Shown here: in pieces, positions 8,251-17,337 of the stretch
How positions within the stretch are numbered: position 1 is the first letter of the stretch
Layout of the letters: each line of letters starts with the position of its first letter
DNA from: an uncultured Clostridium sp.
GTDB lineage: Bacteria > Bacillota > Clostridia > TANB77 > CAG-508
Direction of reading: 5' to 3'
DNA: 64,000 nucleotides
NCBI GenBank assembly: GCA_900552555.1
Contig: URZW01000002.1
Location: 82,002 to 146,001, forward strand
Made by a program: the position numbers and the translations under genes
Notes under the pieces: generated by a model
What the model was told of the DNA's origin: nothing
Seen by the model: the letters and a program-made list of their open reading frames with translations, nothing else
Databases searched by the model: none

Positions 8251-9486
8251 ATGTGGGGAAATATAGCAATAGCATTTATACTGGCATTTGTAGTAACATT
8301 TGTAACTACACCATACACAATGAAAATTGCAAAAAAAATAGGAGCAATAGATGTACCAAAAGATGAAAGAAGAGCACACAAAAGAACAATGCCAAAATTT
8401 GGTGGACCAGCAGTAATATTAGGATTTTTAGTTTCAACAATTTATTTATTAATTGTAATGAGCATAGAAAATTCAATAAATCTATTTGGTGTACAAGAAT
8501 ACTGGAAAAAACTATTAGGATTTTTAGCAGGAATATTGATAATTTCAGCATTTTGTATAGTTGATGATATAAAAACCATAAAACCATTAACAAAATTAAC
8601 AGGACAAATATTAGGTGCAATATGTATTGTAGCAGCTGGAATAAGAATAGATGGAATAACATTACCATTTTTAAATTTTCCAGAGATGCATGAAATCACA
8701 TCAGTACTACTAACATTAGCCTGGATAATAATTGTAACAAATGCAATAAACTTAATAGATGGTTTAGATGGACTATCATCAGGAATATCAGTAATATCAG
8801 CACTTTCATTATTAGTAATATTTGTATTAAATGGATCATCATTAATATCAATAGTACTAATAACAGCACTAGCAGGAGCATTAGTAGGATTTTTACCATT
8901 TAATTTTACACCAGCTAAAACATTTATAGGAGATACAGGCTCAAACTTTTTAGGATTCTCATTAGCAGTAATCTCAATATTAGGGTCAGCTAAAACATAT
9001 ACAGCGGCAGTAATTGTATTACCACTTATTGTTTTGGGACTACCAATATTTGATACGGTTTGGGCAATAATAAGAAGATTAATAAAAGGAAAATCAATAA
9101 AAGCAGTATTCAAAGCAGATAAAGGACATTTACATCACAGGTTAGTTGCAAAAGGATTTAGCCAAAAACAAGCAGTTCTTATTTTATATGGAATAAGTGC
9201 AATATTTGGAATGTTTGCAGTAATATTATGTGACAGTGGAATTTGGAAAGCATTATCATTCTTATTAATTATGATAGTTGCAGTTGCATTAGGATATAAG
9301 AATTTTTCTGTTGAAAGAACAGGAAATGAACAATATGAATGTACTCAATGTAAGTATATTTATAATCCAAAGTTTGGAAATGAAAAAGCAGGAATTGCAA
9401 AGGGAACAAAGTTTGATGATTTACCAGAGGATTGGGTTTGCCCAGTTTGTGGTGAAGGTAAGGATATGTTCCAAATTCATGAATGA
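8251..9486 (+). CDS. WecA/TagO-family (MraY-like) polyprenyl-phosphate N-acetylhexosamine-1-phosphate transferase fused in frame to a C-terminal rubredoxin domain
   Basis: N-terminus reads IDVPKDERRAHKRTMPKFGGPAVILGF with multiple TM helices and an IDGLDGL motif. The last ~50 aa, YECTQCKYIYNP...DLPEDWVCPVCGEGKDMF, is a canonical rubredoxin with CxxC...CPxCG. Confidence 0.8.
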   Translation: MWGNIAIAFILAFVVTFVTTPYTMKIAKKIGAIDVPKDERRAHKRTMPKFGGPAVILGFLVSTIYLLIVMSIENSINLFGVQEYWKKLLGFLAGILIISAFCIVDDIKTIKPLTKLTGQILGAICIVAAGIRIDGITLPFLNFPEMHEITSVLLTLAWIIIVTNAINLIDGLDGLSSGISVISALSLLVIFVLNGSSLISIVLITALAGALVGFLPFNFTPAKTFIGDTGSNFLGFSLAVISILGSAKTYTAAVIVLPLIVLGLPIFDTVWAIIRRLIKGKSIKAVFKADKGHLHHRLVAKGFSQKQAVLILYGISAIFGMFAVILCDSGIWKALSFLLIMIVAVALGYKNFSVERTGNEQYECTQCKYIYNPKFGNEKAGIAKGTKFDDLPEDWVCPVCGEGKDMFQIHE

Positions 9487-9638
9487 GTTGAAAAATAATT
9501 ACAATTTTGGGCTACGGCAAATTTTATTTAAAATGCGGTTACATACAAACGTATGTGCCCTTGCTTTTTAAATAAAATTTTTCTTGCCAAAATTTAATTC
9601 TTTTCCAACCTTAAATATAAGAAAGGACAGGTAATTAA

Positions 9639-10526
9639 ATGCAAGACAAAATAATGAAATTTTTAGCATATGATGGAAAGATATCAGTAGTATGCGCAAG
9701 TACAACAGAACTTGTAGAAGAAGCAAGAAAAATACATGATTTAAGCCCAGTAGCAACAGCAGCATTTGGACGTTTACTTACAATTTCAGCAATAATGGGA
9801 AATGAAATGAAAAGTAAAGAAGACAAATTAACAGTTCAAATGAAAGGAAATGGACCACTTGGAACAATGCTTGTAACATCAGACAACTTCCCAATAGTAA
9901 AAGGATATGTAGCAAATCCAGTTGTAGACTTACCATTAAATGATATGGGAAAATTAGATGTAGGCGGAGCAGTTGGAAATGCCGGATTCATAAATGTTAT
10001 AAAAGACATTGGATTGAAAGAACCATATGTTGGAATATGTCCACTAATTTCAGGAGAAATAGCAGAAGACTTTGCAGAATATTTTGCAAAATCAGAGCAA
10101 AAAAATACAGCAGTTGCTTTAGGTGTTCTAGTAGATAAAAACGGAGTTAAATCAGCTGGAGGATATATAATCACACCAATGCCAGATGCAACAGATGAAG
10201 AAATATCAAAAATAGAACAATCAATATTTAAAGCAGGTGCAATTTCAAAAATGTTAGATAAAAATATGACATTATTAGAAATAGCAAAAGCAGTAACAGG
10301 TGATGAAAATGTTCAATTAATCGAAGAAAATATAACACCAGTATATGAATGTGACTGTTCAAAAGAGCACATGGAAGATGGACTTGCAACATTAGATAAA
10401 GATGTTTTAAAAGAAATGATTGAAGAAGATGGAAAAGCCGAATTGGTTTGCCACTTTTGCAATAAAAAATATGAATTTTCTAAGGAAGAATTAGAAGATA
10501 TATTAGAAAAAAATAAAAATAATTAA
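9639..10526 (+). CDS. hslO: Redox-regulated chaperone Hsp33
   Basis: Hsp33 fold with C-terminal zinc centre CDCSKEH...CHFCNKKY. Confidence 0.9.
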   Translation: MQDKIMKFLAYDGKISVVCASTTELVEEARKIHDLSPVATAAFGRLLTISAIMGNEMKSKEDKLTVQMKGNGPLGTMLVTSDNFPIVKGYVANPVVDLPLNDMGKLDVGGAVGNAGFINVIKDIGLKEPYVGICPLISGEIAEDFAEYFAKSEQKNTAVALGVLVDKNGVKSAGGYIITPMPDATDEEISKIEQSIFKAGAISKMLDKNMTLLEIAKAVTGDENVQLIEENITPVYECDCSKEHMEDGLATLDKDVLKEMIEEDGKAELVCHFCNKKYEFSKEELEDILEKNKNN

Positions 10527-10617
10527 AGTGTTCGCTTGTTTTTTACACATAAATGTTGTATATTAGTGAACATAGGAAATGAGATAAAAAGTTAACCAAA
10601 AAAGGAGAGAATAAAAA

Positions 10618-11544
10618 ATGGAAAATAAAGTATTAATATTTGGACACAAAAACCCAGACACAGACACAATTTGTTCTGCAATGGTAAAAGAAATTTTATA
10701 CAAAAAAAATGGATGCGAAAAATCAAAAGCAGTAAGATTAGGAAATGTAAATAAAGAAACACAATATGTTTTAAATTATTTAGGATTAAAAGCACCAGAA
10801 TTAATAGAAAAAGTTGAAGAAGGACAAGAAGTAATATTAGTAGACCACAATGAATTTAATCAAAGTGTAGAAGGAATAGAAAAAGCAAAAATTTTAGAAG
10901 TAGTAGACCACCACAGAATTGCAAACTTTGAAACATCAGAGCCACTATATTACACAGCAAGACCATTTGGATGTACATCAACAATTTTATACAAAGAGTT
11001 TAAAAATAGAAATATAGAAATCGAAAAAACAGAAGCAATATTAATGGCAAGTGCAATAATTTCTGATACATTATTATTAAAATCACCAACAACAACTGAC
11101 CATGACAGAAAAGCATTAGAAGAATTAGGAAAAATAGCAGGAATAAATGTAGAAGAATATGGACTAGAAATGTTAAAAGCAGGAACAGATTTAGACGATT
11201 TTTCAGCAGAAGAATTAATAAATTTAGATGCTAAAAGTTTAGACAAAGACGGAACAAAATTTGTTATAGCACAAGTAAATACTGTAAGCATTGAAGATGT
11301 TTTAAAGAGACAAAATGAATTAGAAGATGCAATAAACAAAGCAATTGAAGAAAAAGGTTTATCATTATTTGTATTAGCAATAACAGATATACTAAACAGC
11401 AATTCAGAAATCATTGCATTAGGAACAAAAAAAGATGCAGTTGAAAAAGCATTTGAAAAAAAATTAGAGAACAACAGAGCTTTCTTAGAAGGTGTTGTTT
11501 CAAGAAAGAAACAATTGCTACCATTTATTGATAAAAATATATAG
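10618..11544 (+). CDS. ppaC: Manganese-dependent inorganic pyrophosphatase (family II, DHH)
   Basis: HKNPDTDTICSA, VDHNE and VVDHHR motifs. Confidence 0.9.
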   Translation: MENKVLIFGHKNPDTDTICSAMVKEILYKKNGCEKSKAVRLGNVNKETQYVLNYLGLKAPELIEKVEEGQEVILVDHNEFNQSVEGIEKAKILEVVDHHRIANFETSEPLYYTARPFGCTSTILYKEFKNRNIEIEKTEAILMASAIISDTLLLKSPTTTDHDRKALEELGKIAGINVEEYGLEMLKAGTDLDDFSAEELINLDAKSLDKDGTKFVIAQVNTVSIEDVLKRQNELEDAINKAIEEKGLSLFVLAITDILNSNSEIIALGTKKDAVEKAFEKKLENNRAFLEGVVSRKKQLLPFIDKNI

Positions 11545-11571
11545 TAATGAATAAAATATATTAACAAAAGA

Positions 11572-11626
11572 AAAAATGAGGTATGGTTATTTATAGCCGA
11601 AACACCTCATTTTTAAGCTTTTTTTA
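11572..11626 (+). terminator. Rho-independent terminator (AATGAGGT...ACCTCATT + TTT...TTTTTT)
   Basis: Stem-loop plus T-runs after ppaC. Confidence 0.7.
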
Positions 11627-11732
11627 CATCTATTTTCTGCAGTTCCGTAAGGGGTTGACAAATTTGTAAAAAAAATGTATACTAAAGAACGTATTTTGGC
11701 AGAAGAAATATAATAATATAAGGAGTAAAAAA

Positions 11733-13142
11733 ATGAAAATAAAACTAAATATAAAAAGCATAATATTCATGGCAATAATATCAATAGCAAGTTTGCTTTT
11801 TATAAACATAAGCTTTGCAGCAAATACAGGAAAGGTCATAGTCGAAACAGCAAAACTTAGGGAACAGGCAAATACAGACTCTAAAGTATTAGAATTAGCA
11901 TCACAAGGAGACGAAGTAGAAATTCTAAATGAAGAAGACCAATGGTACAAAGTAAAATACAAAAAAACAACAGGATATGTAAGAAAAGACCTAATAAAAG
12001 TAGATAACAAAGAAGCTGCAAACACAACAAATAAAAACGAAAAAATAAACGAAACAAAAGAAAATACAACAAAAAATACAATTGAAAACTCTACTGAAAA
12101 TACACAAGTAGAAAACAGCAAAACAACAGAAAATAATACAACAGAAACAACAAATGAAACATCAGAACAAAATACAGAAGAAATTGTTAAAAACCAAAAA
12201 TACAAAATAACAGAAAATGTAAAAATAAAAGTAATACCACTAATAAGTTCAATAGAACTTGAAGAGGTAAAAAAAGATGATGAAGTAGAAGTTGTAGAAA
12301 TCTTAAATGACTGGGTAAAAGTAAAAACATCAAGTGAAAAAGAAGGATGGATAAGAAAAGAAAAATTAACAACTATAAAACCACAAACTGCCAATACAGA
12401 AAATACAACAACTAATACAACAGAATCAACAAATACAGAACAAACATCAACACAAAATCAAACACAAACACAACAAACAAATAAAACAATGTATGTAAAT
12501 GTACAATCTGCAAATTTAAGACAAAAAGCAGATAAAACATCACAAGTATTAAAAACTTTAACACAAAATACAAAAGTTACTGTAACATCAAGTGAAAATG
12601 GATGGGCATATATAGATGTAAATGGAACAAAAGGATATATTTCAGAAAATTTATTAACAGCAACACAAAAAGAAACTTCAAGAAGTGGATTAACAACAAG
12701 GGAACAATCAATAAATACAACAAATCAAACAAAAACAACAAATACAACAAAATCTAAATCTGTAACAGAATCAACATCAACATCACAATCTGGAAGTTCA
12801 GTTGTATCATATGCGCAACAATTTTTAGGATGTAAATATGTATATGGTGGAACATCACCAAATGGATTTGACTGTTCAGGATTTACACAATATGTATATA
12901 AACATTTTGGAGTAATTTTAAACAGAACAGCAGCAGCTCAATATAGTAATGGGCAATCTGTAACAAGCTTACAAGCAGGAGATTTAGTAATGTTTGGAAA
13001 AGCAGGAATAAATCATGTTGGAATATATATCGGGGGAAATACATTCATACATGCAGCAAATCCAAGTCAAGGAGTAAGAACTGACTCAATGTCAACAGGA
13101 TACTATAAAACAAATTATGTAGGTGCAAAAAGAATCTTTTAA
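11733..13142 (+). CDS. Secreted cell-wall hydrolase: signal peptide, three SH3b domains, a long Thr/Asn/Glu/Gln-rich low-complexity linker, C-terminal NlpC/P60 peptidase
   Basis: Signal peptide MKIKLNIKSIIFMAIISIASLLFINISFA. SH3_3-like repeats (GKVIVETAKLREQAN...). NlpC/P60 catalytic region CSGFTQYVY...HVGIYIG.... Confidence 0.85.
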   Translation: MKIKLNIKSIIFMAIISIASLLFINISFAANTGKVIVETAKLREQANTDSKVLELASQGDEVEILNEEDQWYKVKYKKTTGYVRKDLIKVDNKEAANTTNKNEKINETKENTTKNTIENSTENTQVENSKTTENNTTETTNETSEQNTEEIVKNQKYKITENVKIKVIPLISSIELEEVKKDDEVEVVEILNDWVKVKTSSEKEGWIRKEKLTTIKPQTANTENTTTNTTESTNTEQTSTQNQTQTQQTNKTMYVNVQSANLRQKADKTSQVLKTLTQNTKVTVTSSENGWAYIDVNGTKGYISENLLTATQKETSRSGLTTREQSINTTNQTKTTNTTKSKSVTESTSTSQSGSSVVSYAQQFLGCKYVYGGTSPNGFDCSGFTQYVYKHFGVILNRTAAAQYSNGQSVTSLQAGDLVMFGKAGINHVGIYIGGNTFIHAANPSQGVRTDSMSTGYYKTNYVGAKRIF

Positions 13143-13170
13143 ATAATAAAAGCAATTATAGGAGGTAATA

Positions 13171-15675
13171 TTGAAAAGACCAATTTTAGTTGCAATTATA
13201 GGATATATAATAGGTATAATAGTGGGACTATACTTGAATATAAGTATAGTTCCATTTTGTATTTTGATAATTGCAATACATCTAATTTATAAGAAAAAAT
13301 TAAATAAAAAAAGAAAACATCAAAAATTAAAATTATTTTCAATAAAAAGATATTTTAGGTATATCAAGATATTTATTAATTCAAAAGTCATATTATTAAT
13401 AATTATAACATCAATAATTTCAAATACTTTAGTCTTAATTCAAAATCATAAATATGAAAAAATCTATGATGAATTATCAAAAAGAGAAAATTTAACATTA
13501 ACTGGAATAATTATAAGCAATAAAGAAGAGAAACAGTATTACAATAAGTACAAAATTGAAACTAAATTAAAAAATAAAAATTATAGATTTTATATAATGA
13601 CAGATAAAAAATTAAAACTAGAATATGGAGATAAAATACAATTAAATGGAGAGTATAAAAAACCAGAAAAACAAAGGAATTATAAGGGTTTTGATTATTC
13701 AAAGTATTTAAAACAATTAAAAATTTATGGAACCATAAAATGTTCAAAAATTGAACTTATAAAACACAATCAAACAAATAAAATATTTCAAATATCTAAT
13801 CAAATATCAACAAAATTAATAAAAAATACAAAAAACATTTTTGATGAACAAACATCATCAATTTTATTAGGATTAATACTAGGATATAAAACGGACATAG
13901 ATGAAAATACACAGGAAAATTTTAGAAACGCCAGTATGGCACATATTTTAGCTGTTTCTGGAATGCACATTGCTTATGTCATTCTAGGAATAAAAATATT
14001 ATTCAGTAGACTACTTGGAAAAAAGAATACATATATTTTCAGTATTTTTATATTAATATTTTATATGTTTATAACAAATTTTTCTCCATCTATTACAAGA
14101 GCAGGAATTATGGGAATTTTAATGTTAGTGTCAAAAATAATATATACCAAAAATAATACATACACATCAATGGCAATATCATTATTTTTTATTTTGATAT
14201 ATAATCCATTTTTAATTTTAAATGCGGGACTGCAATTGTCATATGGTGGTGTTATAGGAATAGTTACTTTTAATAAAAATATAACTCAAATTTTATAAAA
14301 CATCAAAATAAAAAATAAAATTTATAAATATAAAATAAAACCAAGAATACAAAAAATTTTAGATAAAATAAAAGAAATTATATCAATTTCTATTTCAGTT
14401 CAATTATTTATACTTCCCATAATAATAGAAAATATGAATACCTTTAATCCATATTTTTTAATATCAAATTTAATTTTAAGTATTGCAATAGGACCAATTG
14501 TAATTATAGGTTTTCTATTTATGATTATTGTATTAATTAATTTCAAAACAGTAGATTTATTTTCAGGAATTATAAAATTAGGAATAAAAATACTAATTTT
14601 TATTTCTAATATAGGAAAACTTCAATTTTCAAAAATTTATATACCAACACCGAGTTTATTTTCAATTATTTTGTATTATTTAATAATAGGTACAATACTG
14701 TATATATATAAAGTTTATTTAGCTAAAAAACCAAATACAACGCAAATAAGGGTAAGAAATTTAATAGCTATTATAAAAATGCTAATAAGAAAAAATAAAC
14801 AAAAAATAAACAAAATATTTATGACAATAATTTTAGTAATTATTGTCATAAATATAATACCAAAAAATTTAAAGATTTACTTTATAGATGTGGGACAAGG
14901 TGATTCAACATTAATAGTAACACCAAAAAATAAAACAATTTTGATAGATGGGGGAGGGAGTAAAGATTATGATGTTGGAAAAAATACATTATTACCATAT
15001 TTATTAGACAGAGGTTATAATTCAATAGATTATGTGATTGCTAGTCATTTTGATAATGACCATATTGGGCGGTTTATTATATGTATTGCAAGAAATAAAA
15101 GTAAAAAATATAATAATAGGAAAGCAATATAAATCAAGTGAAAATTATAAAAAATTTCTGAAAATAGTAAAAGAAAAAAATATAAAAGTTAAAATAGTTG
15201 AAGCAGGACAAAGAATAAATATAGAAAACAACCTGTATTTTGATGTTTTGTGGCCAAGTCGGAAGTAATATGATTTCTGAAAATGCTATTAATAATAATT
15301 CTTTAGTGTGCAAACTTATATTTAAAAAATTTTCTATGTTATTTACTGGTGATATTGAAGAAGTAGCAGAAAAAGCAATTTTGGATAAATATGGAAATGC
15401 AGGTAACCAGCTTTTTAATGCTACTGTTTTAAAAGTTGCACATCATCGGTTCTAAAACTTCGTCGACAAAAGAGTTTTTAAATGCAGTAAAACCGAAATA
15501 TGCTGTAATTGGGGTAGGTGAAAACAATAAATTTGGACATCCATCAGATAGTACAATTCAGAATTTAATTGATATTAAAGTTAAAATTTATAGAACAGAT
15601 GAAATGGGAGAAATTATTTTAAAGACAAATGGGAAGGAAAAAATAAAAGTAGGTATTAATAATAATACAAAATAG
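13171..15675 (+). pseudogene. comEC: DNA internalisation competence protein ComEC/Rec2, broken by one in-frame ochre stop (14296-14298) and three frameshifts (~15085, ~15255, ~15445)
   Basis: Five consecutive ORFs in frames 1,1,2,0,1 carry the ComEC competence domain (AHILAVSGMHIAYV) and the metallo-beta-lactamase domain (FIDVGQGDS, ASHFDNDHIGG, LWPS, LFTGDIE, LKVAHHGS). Confidence 0.8.
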
Positions 15676-15683
15676 AAAAAGCG

Positions 15684-15890
15684 AAAATAATTATTTAAAT
15701 ACCTGTGAATTATATTTTTCATATTTTTCTCGGGTTCCCGACATAACGTTAACAAATTCTAATGTAAATACTCAAACAATACCCGAATACAGGACCCTTT
15801 TGAGTATTTACTTAAGAATTTGTAACACTATTTTGGTCACATTCGAAATATATTCAAAATATAATTCACAGGTATTTAAATAATTATTTT
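15684..15890. mobile_element. MITE-like element (~207 bp) with ~32-bp perfect terminal inverted repeats (AAAATAATTATTTAAATACCTGTGAATTATAT). The whole element is an imperfect long hairpin
   Basis: Terminal inverted repeats read directly. About 90% identical, in inverted orientation, to 25018-25197. Confidence 0.75.
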
Positions 15891-15976
15891 CACTTAACTA
15901 TAATGAGATTTCCTGTAATAGTATAAAATATGAAAAATCTGTAAATAATAAAAGAAAAAATTACGGAGGAAATCAT

Positions 15977-16582
15977 ATGAAAAAAATATGGATAATTTTA
16001 CTAAGCATTGCAATTATAATTATAGGTATTGGTCTAGGAATTTTTATTTATAACAACAATAAAAATACGAATAAACAAAGCAGTATAGTAGAAAATGAAA
16101 TAAACATTGTATCAGAAAAAGTAACAGACGAATGCACAGAAGAATATCAAAATAATGAAGAAATAGAAACAAATTCCCAAGAAGAAAAAATATCACCGAA
16201 TTGTCTGTTAATATTAAAGAAGTATTTTGAAGAGTGTAATCATACAATAAAAGAATATCTTGATGTTCCACAAGAACTAGTTAATGGAACAGAAGAGGAT
16301 TTAAAGAAAGAATATCCATATTGGCAAATAGAAAAATATTCAAGTAATGAAATAATTTTATATAAAGAATTTAACAGTAATTGTGGTCAGCATTTTGTGT
16401 TAAAAGAAGATGAAGGAAAAATTACTGTTTATAAAATAAATGAGAATAATGAAGAAGAGGTATATGAAAAAACTGAGATTTCAGTTGAGTATTTGTCTGA
16501 AACTGATAAAAATAAAATTCGTGAGGGCATTAAAGTTAATGGAATAGAAGAGCTTAATCAATTACTTGAAGATTTTGAATAA
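15977..16582 (+). CDS. Hypothetical protein with an N-terminal TM anchor
   Basis: RBS GGAGGAAATCAT. No recognisable family. Confidence 0.5.
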   Translation: MKKIWIILLSIAIIIIGIGLGIFIYNNNKNTNKQSSIVENEINIVSEKVTDECTEEYQNNEEIETNSQEEKISPNCLLILKKYFEECNHTIKEYLDVPQELVNGTEEDLKKEYPYWQIEKYSSNEIILYKEFNSNCGQHFVLKEDEGKITVYKINENNEEEVYEKTEISVEYLSETDKNKIREGIKVNGIEELNQLLEDFE

Positions 16583-16602
16583 GAATAATATTATATTAAT
16601 TT

Positions 16603-16640
16603 AAAAATGTGTAATATCTGTTTGATATTACACATTTTTA
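16603..16640. terminator. Bidirectional Rho-independent terminator between convergent genes (AAAATGTGTAATATC...GATATTACACATTTTT)
   Basis: 15-bp perfect stem flanked by A-run and T-run. Confidence 0.75.
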
Positions 16641-16653
16641 AATTAATAAATTT

Positions 16654-17259
16654 TTATTTTTTCTTAAAACTCCATTTATCTTTAACCACAACATTTTTAG
16701 TTTCTTTATTCAAATCGCTTTTATCAATAAAACCACCTTGATACAAGCATTTGACATACATAACAAGAGAAAAAACAGTACAAACTAAAGCACAACAATA
16801 AATGCCTAAATCTAAATATTCCCAAATTCCAGTAAGAGCAAGTTGTTTAATAAATAATGTAACAACAATCGCTAAATAAAACAAAACAGTTGCTAATTTA
16901 CCATACCATTTACTATAAACAACAACATCTTTTCCATAAAGGAAAGAAGCACCAACAACCATTATTAATTCTTTAAGAACAACAATAGCTAAAATCCATA
17001 CAGGAATAATTTTTACACTAACTAAAGCAGCAAGTACAGAAATTTGAGTTAACTTATCTGCTAAAGGATCCATAAGCTTTCCAAAATTAGAAACTAAGTT
17101 AAATTTTCTAGCAATAAAACCATCTAAAACATCTGTCAATCCAGAAATAGTAAAAAATATAATTCCTAAAATATAATTTCCATCAAATATGGAATTTAAA
17201 ATAATTGGTATAAATAGAAACCTTATAATTGTTAATATATTTGGTATATGTTTAAACAT
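16654..17259 (-). CDS. pgsA: CDP-diacylglycerol--glycerol-3-phosphate 3-phosphatidyltransferase
   Basis: CDP-alcohol phosphatidyltransferase motif DVLDGFIARKFN...GKLMDPLADK. Confidence 0.85.
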   Translation of the reverse strand: MFKHIPNILTIIRFLFIPIILNSIFDGNYILGIIFFTISGLTDVLDGFIARKFNLVSNFGKLMDPLADKLTQISVLAALVSVKIIPVWILAIVVLKELIMVVGASFLYGKDVVVYSKWYGKLATVLFYLAIVVTLFIKQLALTGIWEYLDLGIYCCALVCTVFSLVMYVKCLYQGGFIDKSDLNKETKNVVVKDKWSFKKK

Positions 17260-17337
17260 CGTTTTTTACTCCCTTTTATTATACTTTTGTTACAGCTTAT
17301 TAGGTTAATACCTGAGCTGTAACATACATTTTTATTA

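Noticed and set aside
9311-9571. Plus-strand ORF 9311-9571 overlapping the rubredoxin-encoding end of the WecA fusion
   Set aside because: Alternative frame of a conserved domain. No RBS. Translation is not protein-like.
17270-17337. Hairpin GTTACAGCT...AGCTGTAAC between pgsA and clpE, considered as a clpE terminator
   Set aside because: On the minus strand (the clpE sense) the stem is followed by AAAAG rather than a U-tract. The T-run lies on the plus strand, where no gene ends. Function unclear.
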